DNA of 64,000 nucleotides from Sphaerodactylus townsendi (lineage: Eukaryota). Below, one piece after another: positions 49,673 to 62,822 of this stretch. A model generated the notes under the pieces. The model saw only the letters and a list, made by a program, of their open reading frames with translations, did not search any database and had not been told where the DNA came from. The position numbers and the translations under genes are program-made. Location of the stretch: the NCBI RefSeq assembly GCF_021028975.2, contig NC_059426.1:142166001-142230000 (forward strand). The letters run 5' to 3'. The stretch's first letter is position 1. Each line of letters opens with the position of its first letter.

Positions 49673-51172
49673 CTGAACAAAAGAAAAAATAGGTAAATAT
49701 AGCAAAATAGACATTGCAGTTAGTCTGAACAGGAAGCTACAACTTTTCTTTAACAGCATCCAACATACAAGGTGAATACGCTGTACCTACCATTTTGTTG
49801 TTACTGATGCTTTTTAAAAAGTTTTGAATTGTGTTGTATTTTATGTCTGTAGGAACCATGCACCATCTGTAAGATCCCTGTCCTCAGTTGAGATACCCCA
49901 ATGTGATTCCCCAGTCTCCTTAGTTGTTTTGAAGGGAACCCCCTTGAAAGCCTAATCTTAAAGAGGATGCCCGGGATAAGTTTCAGAGTGAGAAGTGGGT
50001 TATCAGAAGACAGAAAACGCAGAACAGAGGGCACCAACAGCTTGATTTTTTTCCTGCGCCTGCAACATGTATAGACAGGAAACCAGACATTGTTTGGAGT
50101 CATGCTGGTCCCTGTCCACCATCCTGGGTCCTACAACTGTAATTCCTTGGCCACCTGTCCCCCAAACCCATATTTTTCCAGTAAAAGCATTTTTGTATGC
50201 CTAGGCCAGGGAAAAAGAGTGACTGTTCCTGAAATGGAGGCTCAGTACCTTCCCCCCACCCACCCCACCCAATGACAGATAAAGTGAATGAACCCCACTC
50301 CAATCCGAGGGTACCTCTGTGCAATTGGTAGTCGTCACAAACAGTTTGAGTTTCAAGGGAATGTGACTAATGAAGGGTCATTCCGCTGATATGTTGTTGC
50401 TGTAATTCATTGGTCCAAAACTGGTGCCTTGCCACCCCTGGTCTCCATAACATAATGGCACCCAGTGGAGCAGAACCGCCCCCTGGTGTTGATAACTTAT
50501 GGTGCACATGCCCTGCCAGTTCCCATGAGGCAAATATTAGCCAATATTTTGGGGATCTCCCCCCCCCCAGTCAAGTCAAGAACATCTGAGACTGAATGAA
50601 AAGAAGGTTCAGCCACAGAAGGTTCAGAGTCAAGTTTTATGTTTTGTGATTATGCATTTGCTCATTGTATGGATGCAACGGTGGTCCAGAAAGAAAACAG
50701 AAAGGAACTAAAATTAAATCGAACCTCCTGTGATCCTGCGATGGTTAAGGCTACAAAGCCAGCCACAGATGCAGGTGAAATGTCAGGATAAAGTGCTACT
50801 AAAACACAGCCATACAGCCCGGAAACCACACAACACTCCAATAAATTATTCGTTTGCATTTACAGCTACTCTCTCCCTTTTTTCATAATTCTATTTTGGG
50901 ATATTCCTACCCAGGTCTACTCTTCTATATACAGACTACGAAGTCTTGCACTATTCCTTTCTGGAACCCTTTTATTTTCCCTTCTCTGTGTCCAACTCGG
51001 TAACACAACTAAAATGCTATTTGTGGAAAGATAATCTATAACTATTTTAAATTTTAAATAATTACATAATATAAATCCTCCAGGGCTCTCAAAGTTAGAT
51101 TCTCACCAAAGAGCAGTGCAGGTGCCAAACAATAAAGGCTGCCCTGGGGACACTAAAGGAGAGCACACCCAC

Positions 51173-51256
51173 CTGTGTGTGTTTGCGAAAAAACACCCCT
51201 TGGACTTTCCCAGACACTTCATAATCCACCGAAATGAGGCCGTCTCCCTCAGCCAT
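51173..51256 (-). CDS. ACYP1: Acylphosphatase 1 coding exon 1 (MAEGDGLISVDYEVSGKVQGVFFRKHTQ)
   Basis: GxVQGVxFR phosphate-binding loop; acceptor with exon start at 51268; CAG|GTGGG donor; synteny. Confidence 0.96.
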
Positions 51257-51899
51257 AGCAGGTACCACCTGGATGAAAAGGAGAAGCACAGTTAGACAGA
51301 CTAAGGCACGCAGAAACCAACTCCATTTCCACCTTTTCCAATGCAACAGTGCAAAGTGTTTGCGACTATTCTCCACCGATCGCAGCATAAGGAAGCCGTC
51401 TGAGTAGGCCATAGACATCGTGAGGCATTGGACTGCCTTCCCCTATAAGGGCAGGAATGGGGAAGGCAGGGAAGGTTGAAGGGCAAAGGTATACAGGGGG
51501 AATGAATACAGCTGGGACAGTCTTGCAACAGACTCCGCCCATAGTTGCAGCCCTGTGAGCAGAGTAAAGGGCGGGAGCTTTAAGACTTGCCTACTAAGTA
51601 GCTTCTCCGAGCTCTATCCAAAAGCGCGATGTTGTGCTTATTCTCCCAGGCAGCTGCTCAAGAGCCAGGACGCGCAACGAGCTCAACCGCCGCTAACGGT
51701 TCAGGACTTGCATCCCATCACCATAGAGTTGCCCTCTTCTCCGAAGGCTAGAGAAGTCCCGGAGTCTCTGGTGATAGCCACGCTAAGCCTCGGAGGGAGG
51801 CGGGGGAGGGGGCTTTTCTTAGATAAAACGCCGGCCAGAACGGCAGATAATCCGAATCATAGAGACTGAATAATTACATTCCGGGGAAAAACGAAAGAC

Positions 51900-52175
51900 G
51901 GAAAAATATTGTTTGGAAACCGGATGTAGCGCCCGCGTGTGCGTTGCTAGGCAACTGTGGTAAACGGTCACACCTGGCGCTGGAGGCTGAGATAAGAATA
52001 GGAGGGCGGAATGAGGTCTGGCGGATGGACGGAAGAGAAGGGGGGCTTTTTGGAGCAGCCTGGCGAGATAAGTTGCTTTAGCAACCGAGCCGCCATTTAC
52101 ATCCTTAAGGTTCTGTGCGGAAGGCTGGGGCCCCTTACTGCTCATTGTACGGAACTGAACGGTCAAGTCCCTGCG
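51900..52175. promoter_or_regulatory. Bidirectional CpG promoter of ACYP1/ZC2HC1C with two RFX X-boxes (51943-51955, 52072-52085) and a YY1-type GCCGCCATTT (52089-52098)
   Basis: Motifs read directly; candidate donors on - (after 51974) and + (GCG|GTGAGT after 52175) imply divergent non-coding first exons. Confidence 0.7.
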
Positions 52176-54170
52176 GTGAGTATTGCTTTGTGAAATGTTT
52201 TGGTTTAAAATCTAACGAAGTTCTAGCTTTCAGTTTGGGGGTAGTGGGCTAGAATCCCCCCCGCCATGGAAGCTGTTGAGTGACTTTACACCAGTCACAT
52301 ACTACTTTACAAGATTATTCTGTGGATAAAAACAGGGGAAATTCTCCCGAGGGAGAAAGGCAGGGTTTAAATGAAACAGATTTAGTTGCAGAGCATTTGT
52401 GGTGTAGTGGTGAAGATTGTTGCACTAGTATCTGAAAGACCCAGATTTGAATCCTCGTTCGTCCCATGGAACCTCGTTGGGTGATCCTGGGCTACTCTCT
52501 CAACCTATCCTACTGCCTCACAAGGGTTGTTATGAGGATAAAATGGAGGAGACAGGAATGATATAAGCTGCGTTTGGGTCGCCATTGTAAAAAAGGCAAA
52601 ATATTAATTAAATAAATTAGGTGTGTTTAGAGCTGGGGTCTCACCTAAGAGACCAAATAGCCAAATGTTATTCTTGGCTTCTCATAAATAGTATATGCAT
52701 TTAAAATTAAGTCTGGATTAAACTTCAGCCTATTCACCCTTAGCCACTTGATCACACGAGTCAGTAGCTCAGGAAACTTAGATATATGCAATTGATTACC
52801 ATCAGCACACTAATGATGTCTAGCTCCAAATAAATGGACAAACATATTAAACAACATGAATATAATACAGAACCCCATGGCACTTTGCAAGATAACTCTC
52901 AGGATGCTGATTCTTAATCTTTTACCACTATGGTCAGAATTATTTTACTCCAGCCCAGTTCAATCCATGTATTTTCTCATCTTGTAAACAGAGATTATGC
53001 ACCAGATTAATTAAAGCTGTCTCTGTTCCATAACTAGACCTGAAGAAAGACTGGAGTTACTCTGCTTCCATTGTAGATAAATGACGGGTTCAAAAATCAG
53101 CCTGAATTTTCTGATTCAAATGATTATTTAATAGAAGATATATTACTGCTTCTTTAACACCCTTGAGAGAACATTCTGAGATAATTAAATGTTAATGATT
53201 TTCATTGGATGCTTCCTTATCTAGTCAGGATAGCCTGGCTCCCAAGTATTTACATTCATAACCCATAATATTTTCTGTACTATTCCCAAACTAGCGTCCA
53301 ACTTGGATTGTACCTGATATCATCAAAAATATAATGCAGAAGCACTATAGCTAATTGTTAGTTCTCTTTTATTTAGAGATACCAGTCCAGGGGTTTTCAA
53401 CAAACTATCTTAAATAATTAAGCTGGCCACAATTCTGCTCATGCAGTGATGGCAGTAATCATAGCCTGTTCATAATCTTATGAATTATCTCAGTGGGATC
53501 CATCATATCTTCTACCAACAACACTGTAACCATCATCCCATCTTTAAGATGTGGCTGGTCTGATCTGTGTTCCCTGGAAGCAGAGGGACAGAAGGGAAAA
53601 TCCTGATCATAATCCATATGAAGAAGGCATAATCATATGGTAGACTGTCCTTAGTCTGGTGTTAGGACAAACTTCTAAAATTTTACATTGTGTACATATA
53701 TGCTCTTAAGCTATCCAGAGCTGAAGGAATTCTAATAACTCTAACATTAGGAAGCACATAGGGTTAGGGCTAGAATTAGAGCAACTGTGCTTTGTGGGGA
53801 AATTGGTGTGTGTGTGAATGATTAGGTGCTAAATCTCAATTCCCCCTTTCTTACCCCTTTCCTCAGCTCTGTTGACAAATTTACAAATGCATAGGAGAAC
53901 AGGGCCCCCAGCTTGCCTGGGAGTGCTTGAATAACATTTGTGCAAACTTTGGGATCCTGGATATTGTACTGATTTCCAATATGCATTTTGTGGATCACTC
54001 TTCAAGGCCACTGACATTATCTGCACCTTTATAATTGCCCTGTGGGACTAGTGAGTCTTTCCATCTCCTTTGTCTAATATAGTGGGGGAAACAAGACAGT
54101 AGAATGAGAGCGCTAATCACAGTACATACTTAGCTTGTAATATTTCCACAGGCTTTGCTATAAATGCCGA

Positions 54171-55448
54171 ATGGCTCAATTGCAGCTTTCTGTGTGTTCT
54201 CATGCGGATCCAATGGCATCCAGCCCCAGTCTTCCTGCAATAAGTCTGAAGAAATGTCATTCAGAGGCTCTTAGAGAGCAGCCAAGGTTCGAACACCTGC
54301 AGACTAATATCCAGCAACAATTCCTGTCCAACAAAGATAAGAAGCTGAAAGATGTTTGCATCCAAAAAGGCCGGAGTGCTTCCTGTTCTGACCCTGCAGA
54401 AAGTAGCCAGCCAATTTCAGAGAATGTGGGCTTCCAGTCTGCTGGCCCTCATGACTGGTACCTCAAGAACCAAGCTAGCATTCTTCCCTCCCACTGGAGA
54501 GCCAAGCGGAGAGAAGGTGTAGACAGGGCATACCCACTAAGACCAGTCTTCCATCAAAAAGCTGGTAATGGGGCCATAACTAGTTCTTTGCAAGATGCAA
54601 GCCCGCCAGCTACACAGACTGCTTCCCCTAACATTAGTTCAGAGAAAAAAGGAAGATCACATGCAGTCAAAGCCCAGCATGTTGGAGTGCCTTGTTCTTT
54701 TTCAGTAGAGCAGTCATGGAGAGCAGCTGCTTATCCAAGAAGGGCTGAGTCCAGCTACATTCAAAAACTGGAGGCTGCTGGTAGGAATTTGGGGGAGGAG
54801 ATCCAGAGAAAGGAGGCCCTCCTCAGGGAGAAGCTGATGAGAACAGAAGAGGAGCTCCGGAGGATCCAGTGGGAGAGGCGACAGGCAGAGGCAAAAGCAA
54901 GGAAGGAACATGGACTATGGATGCCTGAAAGGAAAGCAGCAGACATTTCTTGGGTTCAACTTTCCAGATCTACAGCCCAGCCAAGTGATGATCAGTGGAA
55001 GAATGTTCCAAATAGCCCTGTAGCTTCTAAAGAGACAACCCCAGTTCCCTCAGAACTCCACATGGAAAGGCTTAAAAAACAACGGTTGGTGGCTAGCAAC
55101 AGTAAAATTCAAGGAAAAGTTTCCCAGGAAAATGCAACAGCTCCTTGTCCCGAGCTGGCTTCCAGGCATGACCAGCCTCCAACAACAGTCCCTTTAGGAC
55201 AGACTGACAGCATGGTTGCAGCAGCACCACTACCACCAGCATACGTGGATGCAGTAAGCAGTGTAGAAGACTGGGGTGAATGTAGTTTTTGTGGACGGAA
55301 GCTTTACAGCGCCAGGTTGGAGAAGCATATAAGTATCTGCAGCAAGAATCACAGCTCCAAGAGAAAAGTATTCGATTCAAGTAAAGCCAGAGCAAAGGGC
55401 ACTGAATTAGAGACGTTTAATCTCTTGATGGGCTCAGATGCCTCTCAG
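54171..55448 (+). CDS. ZC2HC1C: Zinc finger C2HC domain protein 1C, coding exon 1 (coiled coil plus first C2HC finger CSFC...H...C)
   Basis: 426-codon exon; acceptor ends 54151; CAG|GTAAG donor; KRKVFDSSKARAKGT motif; synteny. Confidence 0.92.
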
Positions 55449-55795
55449 GTAAGGCTCTGATTTATTTATATACTATTTCTTCGTGAAACCAAGTGCCAAG
55501 CTGTCTCTGATACAACCTTTAAAAATATAACCAGATCAAATGCTCTCAGACCACCCTCTAGTTCCCACCTTGCCTAGCTAAGGTTCAATTCAGTTTTTTT
55601 TCCTTGGAGTAACCCTTAAAGCCTTATGTGTGCTGCAAGTCACAGCTGACTCACAGCAACCCCAGCAAGGGGCTTTCAAAACAAATGAGAAGCAGATGTA
55701 ACTTGCTGTTGCCTTCCTCTGCAGAGTCTTCCTTGGACTCCCTTCAAAGTACCAACTCTGCTTAGCTTCCAAGGACTGATGGGATTGGCCTATAC

Positions 55796-55938
55796 CAGGG
55801 GACTGCAGCCTGTGGCTCTCCAGATGTTCATGGACTACAAATCAGCCTGTGCCAGCATAGCCAATTGGCCATGCTGTCAGGGGCTGATGGGATTTGTAGT
55901 CCATGAACATCTGGAGAGCCACAGGCTGCAGTCCCCTG
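55796..55938. mobile_element. Palindromic hAT MITE nested in a 5S-derived SINE
   Basis: Perfect inverted arms; same family as 187-330; GCCTATAC at 55788-95 and 55970-77. Confidence 0.85.
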
Positions 55939-56762
55939 GTATAGGCCGTCCACATACTACAGATCCCTGGCCTATACCATGCTGCCTTCCCTCCCAGAAT
56001 GCCTTATGCACCTTGATAATCCAAAAGTACCTTTAATTTCCACTTACTCGCTTAAATGCATTTCCACGTATAGTGACTTCCAAACATTAATTATGCTGAG
56101 CAAAAAGTTTGAAAAAATAACTGGAACTCAGTAAGATTTTGATTTAAGGCACTGCCTTGTCCAAGAAAAGTATAGCTTCTTTCATAGTACAGGAAGTGCC
56201 ATAACTAATTAAGCTCAGCCACCGACAATTAATCTGTAAAAACCATGCTAATAAAACAACATTAAGGCCAGAAGCTTAGTTGGGTACAGCAAAGAATCAT
56301 GGGGATGAAGAAAATATTCAAACTTGGTCATAGTGCAGACTGTAATGGAGCTTGAACGTTTTCTTTTTCAGAAAGTCTGTGCAATTTCAGAAAGTTAGTT
56401 CTGTTAAATTCTTCTCAGTTCAAGTGATTTTGTCTGTACTCCAACCACAATATTCAGATATTAAAAATAGTGGTGCAGTTGGATTAGAGAGAAAGTGCAG
56501 ACCTGCAATGGGACTATAAGGAAGCCCCCAGGACTTTTGGAAGAGCACTTTGTCGATATATGTTCCATCTCCAGCCCTGCATCCTGGGGCTCCACTTGTT
56601 TAACTGCTTCAAAGGATTAGGAATTTGCTGCATTAGAAATGTCCCACTTTCAGACCTGCGACAACTGATTTGGCTTTACATCATACACAGGCAAGAAAGG
56701 TTGCACACTTTACAGTGACAAAATTACACTAATGGTTTTCTTTCTCCCCTTTGTTACTACAG

Positions 56763-57068
56763 AAAAGAACTTCAACCAAAAGTATTGATGCTTCCAAGCA
56801 AAGCAGTATGCAATCTAAGCAAAGCGGCTGGAGACAGAAGCATGAGTCTTTTATCAAGACACTGCGTAGGGCTCGTGAGGTGCAGCGAGTAATTTCTAAA
56901 GGGGGAAAGGCCTCAGATCTTCCCCCAATACCTGCCATGGAAAACCCAGACTACAAATTGTGCCCGTACTGCACACGTCAGTTTGCTCCTAAGGTGGCCG
57001 AGAGACACATTCCCAAGTGCAAAAACATTAAGAATAGACCACCACCGCCACCACAGCAAAAGAAATAA
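56763..57068 (+). CDS. ZC2HC1C: ZC2HC1C coding exon 2 (WRQKHESFI..., second C2HC finger CPYC...H...C)
   Basis: Phase-0 acceptor ctacag; WRQKHE and ERHIPKC motifs; 527 aa in total. Confidence 0.92.
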   Translation, partial: KRTSTKSIDASKQSSMQSKQSGWRQKHESFIKTLRRAREVQRVISKGGKASDLPPIPAMENPDYKLCPYCTRQFAPKVAERHIPKCKNIKNRPPPPPQQKK

Positions 57069-58559
57069 CAGGCCCAGATGAATACTTCAACTGAAATAGT
57101 TACATTGAAACCACCTGCCATTTCCTTCAGTTTGACTGGACAAGTAGCAGAGAGCATGCTAGTGGATGTGGCTTTATTTTTTTAAAACAACAACGCAGGT
57201 GAAGTTTGTAAACCTACAAGCTGTGAGTAGATTATTAAATCTCTCATGTTGTATATTAGGGTCAGTACTTCTTAAGAGTTTAACTAGACCTAAGGCTGTA
57301 TTTTCCATTTCCCTAATATCACTGACTGATCCCAGTTATTTTGTGTGTTTCTTATCCAGAAGCCCTTTCACTTTAAACTGAAGCATTTACATCTTTTGGT
57401 CCATCCCTTTTACACATTGGATCAGTGTACGACATTTTAGGCTCTTGGAAGACATGTGTTTAAGAAAAACATTCTTTGTTCTTGGCTGTTGTGTGTTTTC
57501 TGGGTAGTGTGGCCGTGGTCTGGTAGTTTTAGCTCTTAACATTTTGCCTGCATCTATTCACATCTTGCTGTGACTTGCCTCTGAAAATGCCAGCCATAGA
57601 TGTAGGCAAAATGGTAGGAGCTAAAACTACCAGACCCCAGCCACACAGCCCAGAAAACCCACAACAGCCAGTTGATTCTGGCCATGAAAGCCTTCGATAA
57701 TATATCCTTTGTTCCACTATGTAGAAGCATTGCCAGGTGCAGAGCCAACTAAGTTCTCAAAACTGAAACACAGACTTTACAGTTATTTAGGCTGGCCACT
57801 GTAGTAAGGTGCAGTACCTTCAGGGCAATACCTACTTGAAATAACTCATTCCATCCCTCTCACATCTGGGTTTTAAAGCCAGTGTTTTTCGTTCCCCTGC
57901 AAATTATAGTAGATAGACACTTCTTCAGCACAGCTTTTACTGCCCTTGTTCTCCTTATTTGCTGTACACCCTGGCTGGCTAGATGGCACAACTACTAATT
58001 TGATGTCACGAGCACAGCTCACCCAAATGCTTACCTTCCTAGATATACAACACAAAGCTTTAACAGAATTTGGTTTGTAAGAATACCTACAGATTTCCTG
58101 TGACCTACATTTTCCAAGTGCAGGCCAAATGTGTAGTTTTAATACTGTTTTAAAGATGGCAGGTTTAAAAGGGGTGCTGTCCACAAACTCCTATCTCATC
58201 TCATTGGTTATAAAAAATAGCTTGGAGATCACTGGAGTGTTTGGTTTGGGAAAACTTAGAATGTATGATTGACGATAGCGTGTACTTTGAAGAAACTTTT
58301 GAACTAGGAATATGACACAACAGTTGCAAAATATTCCAGAACTTCAGTTACTAACAAAATCCCCAAAAAGTTGATGCCAGTACAGCTTTTTCGATGGTTC
58401 ATAGACTGTTGCCCCTTTTGAGTGTGTTCAGATCAGATGTTATCTAAGTAGCAATGCTTTTTTTGTGTGCGGCTCTCATACATCCACCTAGGAAAAACAT
58501 GTTTTTAAAGGAGTTCATGAAATATATCTAAATTCAGATGCTGTTTCTCTTGAGTAATG

Positions 58560-59890
58560 GCTTATGATTGGTCCTGAGACAACTTCAGTTGTACTGGTTA
58601 ACAATATTAATTTAAAGTGGGACAAGGGACATCTTCCCTGTTGTTGCTCTCGGATCTCTCAGTGGCCTTTGATATAGTTAATTGCTCCATTTTTAAGTAG
58701 TATGTGTGTATGAATTTTTTAGTTGGGTGTCACAAATATGCAGATAAAACTTAGTTCTGCCTTTCAAGCTTCCAGATGTGTCCATCTTGGTTCAGAATTG
58801 ATACTTTAACTTGTGGCCCTCCAGATGTTATGGGCTTCAGTTCTCATCATCCCCTGCCAGCAGGGCTAATTGCTCATGATGGCAGGGGATGATGGGAACT
58901 GTACTCCATAACATCTGGAGGGCCTCAAGTTTGACACCTGTGCTTTAAGGTTATGGTCAGGTGGCTAAGGCAGAACAAGCTGAAGCTGAATCCTGACAAG
59001 ACAGAGGTAATGCTGGTTAGGAAGGCTGATATTCTAGAAGCACTGAATCCACTTGTCCTAGATCAGGGGTAGGGAACAACAAGTCCAATTGGCCATGCTG
59101 GTAGGGGCTGATGGGAATTGTAGTTCCTGAACATCTGGAGGGCCGCAGGTTCCCTACCCCTGTCCTAGATGGATGCAAGTTGAACAGGTGAGAAGGAAAA
59201 TGGCTGTATTACATCTGGGGTATTTTTATGACAGCCAGTGTGGTGTAGTGGTTGAAGTGTTGTACCCAGTTTCAAATCCCCACTCATACCAATGCCACCC
59301 CCAAACTCTTAATCTGCTCTGAAAAAGAAGAGGTTGCGGGTGCTAGTGGACCTTCCCTTGTTGTTTGAAAAGCAGGTTGGTATGGTGGCCAGGAATGTCT
59401 TCTGTCAGATGCATCTGATTTGCCAGCTTTCTCATTAAATAAATTCAGCTGATCTGGCTATGCTGCGCCATGATTCTATAATCATGTGGTTGGATTACTA
59501 TGTAGGGCTGCCACTGAAGACAATCAGGAACCACAGCTAGTTCAGCATATGGCAGCCTGACTGCTCTCCGGGGCTAGCTGCAAGAAACACGTGCCCAGTT
59601 TGAAACATCTTTATTGGCTGCCAGTCTGTTTCTGAGTTCATTTTAAGACATTGGTTGTGACGTTTAAAGCCCTTCACAATCTGGCCCACATGTTTGAAGA
59701 CCTGTGTGCTAACTATGGTCATCAGGCAGCTACATATTGGCTGTGCCACCACTTAGCCTGGCCCATCTGGCATCAACCAGGGCCCAGGATTTTTCAGTCA
59801 TGGCTTCAGCTCTGTGGAAATGGGTTCCCTGAAAAGGTGAGAAGGACCCCCTAACAAGAAATCTTCAGGAGCTGCTGCAATGCTTAACCA
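58560..59890 (+). mobile_element. Degraded L2 LINE 3' region, interrupted by MITEs
   Basis: Translates WLRQNKLKLNPDKTEVMLV (~58962-59018), typical of CR1/L2-group RT; later WLPV-like segment. Confidence 0.7.
59064..59162. mobile_element. Internally deleted hAT MITE nested in an L2 fragment
   Basis: TIRs CAGGGGTAGGGAAC; TSD TCCTAGAT (59056-63, 59163-70). Confidence 0.82.
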
Positions 59891-60670
59891 TTTCCTAGGG
59901 CTCTTGAGGGGGTTTGAATAGCAGCAGGTGTCTTTTAAGTGCATGGCTGCTCCTGTGGCCCTCCCCACCAGTGGGTCATGGCATTGAACACTACTCCTGC
60001 ACTCTTGCTGCCAACATAATGGGGGCAATTGCGGGGGGTGGGGAGGTGTCCAGGAGACGAACAAACACTAGTTGGCTCCCTCCCAGCCATCACCTATGTT
60101 GCGCCAGTGGCTGGGGCTTCAGACTTACACCACCTATTTTATGGTGTAAGTCCATTAAGCCCCATGGGGGCTTTCTAGCAGCAGGAAGGCTTTTTTTGTG
60201 TTTATAGCCTCCCCGTGCTTCCAGGAAGCCTCCTTGGGAGTGGCAGGCTGGTGCAGCCACAGCACCACAGCCAGGTGCCCTTCCCATTGGATGGGGCTGT
60301 GAGACATAAAAACCCATCAATAGCAAGTTAAATAAAGCGGTGATATCTCACAAGTATGGGTTACACCTGTCATGTTAATGCAGTGAATACTAATGATATA
60401 CAATGCTGATAAAATAGTGTCGTTATTAAAATAGATTGGGGGGTTTAAGTGTGTTAGGGAATCAACATTCCAGTAATGGCTAAGATGTATTACAGTAAAG
60501 AGACACACACTTACTGGAGAACACAGGACGTTTCTTACATGTTAGCATTTCTAACAGTGGGAGTTGTAGAACCATAGAAGGTGAGCAAATTCATTCCACC
60601 ACAGCAAAATAGGATATCCAGTGTTAACATAGCCAGCAGGGAGCTGCAGGCAGGCAAGCATTATCTCACT

Positions 60671-60720
60671 TTTATTAAAAAGAGTCTGGACAGGTAGGCT
60701 AATAAGTGTGAACGTTTATT
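60671..60720 (-). terminator. Two AATAAA signals (60671-60676, 60715-60720), probably ending a ~2.1-kb NEK9 3'UTR
   Basis: TTTATT twice on +, closing a TE-poor region downstream of the NEK9 stop. Confidence 0.55.
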
Positions 60721-62822
60721 TAAAACAAAACTTCAAACCATTCCACCATTGAACATCTCAAAGATAGATAATGACAAACTAGTTTTCAGCTAGTGTCAGT
60801 GCAGATATAAGACATATTCTACCATAACAAATCAACAACAATGCTAGAAAAAGATCAACATCTGAGTGGTTAGCACTGCTGGATGGGGAAGGGATGTGGA
60901 TCTGAAACCGCTTCAAGGCACCCTGGCCCACTTGTCCTTCACTCAAGTCCAGAACAAGGTCTGTTGTAAAATGCTTCTTTGGTTGCATAACATAGTCGGT
61001 GGATAAGTCATGGTCTGTAACAGGCACATACTGGATGCGTGAATCTTTTAAGGCACATATTGCTGTGCATCACAGTCACTCTCAATACAGTAAATCTACT
61101 ACTGTAGTAGTTCCAAGAGGAACCCTGTTCACTTTGTTTTCCAAACATGGAGGACTGAGAAAAAAAGACAGGAGAGCTGTCTCCATCAGGTCAGCGAACC
61201 TTTGCTGGACATGGCCCCAACTTACTTCTTTCCTCTCAAAGTCTCTACTGTATAACATTCATACAAAGCAATTCCAATACTTATAGAAGACAGGAGATCC
61301 CATGTATAAAGAACACTCAAATGGCACAATCATTCGCTGAACAATTTGGAATTCATTATATTCAAGTTCTTTGAGCTGCTCCTTCCTATAGCAAGGAAGG
61401 CAAGCCTACTTGATCTTGGGTCTGAACACAGGAAAAAACTGCCTGATTCTTTTCTATATATTAGAAGCTGAACCAGGTAAAGCTTTTAAAAATCTGCTAT
61501 TCCTAAAAGGATGCTCTGGCAGCCATCTCCAGCCAGAAAATATTTTATCAGCCTTCTAGAATATAAGAGTACCTAGGGATCTTAGAGTGGTTGTGGGAGA
61601 CTAAGATAACATAAATTGACCAGATCAAAAGTAAGGAACATCAAAAAAAAACAGAGTGACTGCTGCAGGTTAGGTTAGACTGTGAGGAACTCTGGGAACT
61701 CTATGCTAGAGTTCAATTATTTGGCAAACTAATTAGCAAAAGTATCAATTTTATTATTTAATGGGAAATGAACTATCCTGCCATCAAAGTTACTTCATAC
61801 GCAGCTTATTACTGACAGTATACAAAAACCTTTAAAGTTATATGTGGCCAAGCAGTGCCAGGAATATGGTCAGATACATTCTGCTAAAGCCCGCACAGCT
61901 GCTTTCTGGCCTTAAAGCTGTGGACAGGAAGCAAAATTTGGGGTGGGGATAGAGTGAAAGGCTTTCAACAGCACTTCTAAGAAACTAGGCACAAACAAGT
62001 TTTGGGACTCAAATCAAGCTGAACAGATGGAACAAATAACCGTCTAAATTCAAATTCTACACATTCCTCCTCTGGCTTGAAAACAGCTGTTGCAAACTCT
62101 ACAAATAGAGACCCCCCTTCTTAGATAACAGGAAGTTTCAGCCAGTTTTTGTGTTTGTTTCAGCTTAGCAGGAAGGGTTAAGAATGGGTGCCTGCAATCT
62201 TCTCCCAAACACCCCTTTAAGTTAAAGCTTTAAATACTTTTGGTACAGACTGGAAGTAACAGGGCTAAAAATGCATGTGAAGTGAAAAATATACGTGCTA
62301 CCATTTCTGTTTTGTGAGCTCTCATCTACATTCAGAACAAGCTCTTGTCCTGGCTTCCCATGGAGGCAGGGGTCCTGCCCCTTAACCTTTCAGGACATTT
62401 TCAGTCTGACTGCAATGCTGGGTCATACATAAGTTTCCCCCTTTTGCTTGCCCAAAGATGAAGTGACTGACATTAGAGACTCAATACTGCCCTTGGGAAG
62501 TTGTGAAAGAATGAAGTGCTAATGGCAGTTAGTCATTCCTGTGGCTACCTAACCTCAAAGGCAGGCTGATATAACAAGAGCTGGCTGCAACTGTGATACT
62601 GGAGTGTGTCCCAGCTAGAGCTTGGAGCTCTGTCACTCCAAATTTCTTCCTAGGATCTTAGCTTAAGAGGGTGTGCCCCCCCGCCCACCCCACACACATA
62701 TATAGGGAAGCTGTTGTGGAGAATCTAATCTCCTATTCACAAAGGACCTGTAGTCAGGAAAGCTGCTCTTTCATTTAGTTAGTGTGCTGTGAAATTGGAT
62801 GGATACCAGTGGCCTCAAAAGA

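Noticed and set aside
54164-54274. Out-of-frame uATG 7 nt before the ZC2HC1C start
   Set aside because: Weak context (T at -3) and nothing further to support function.
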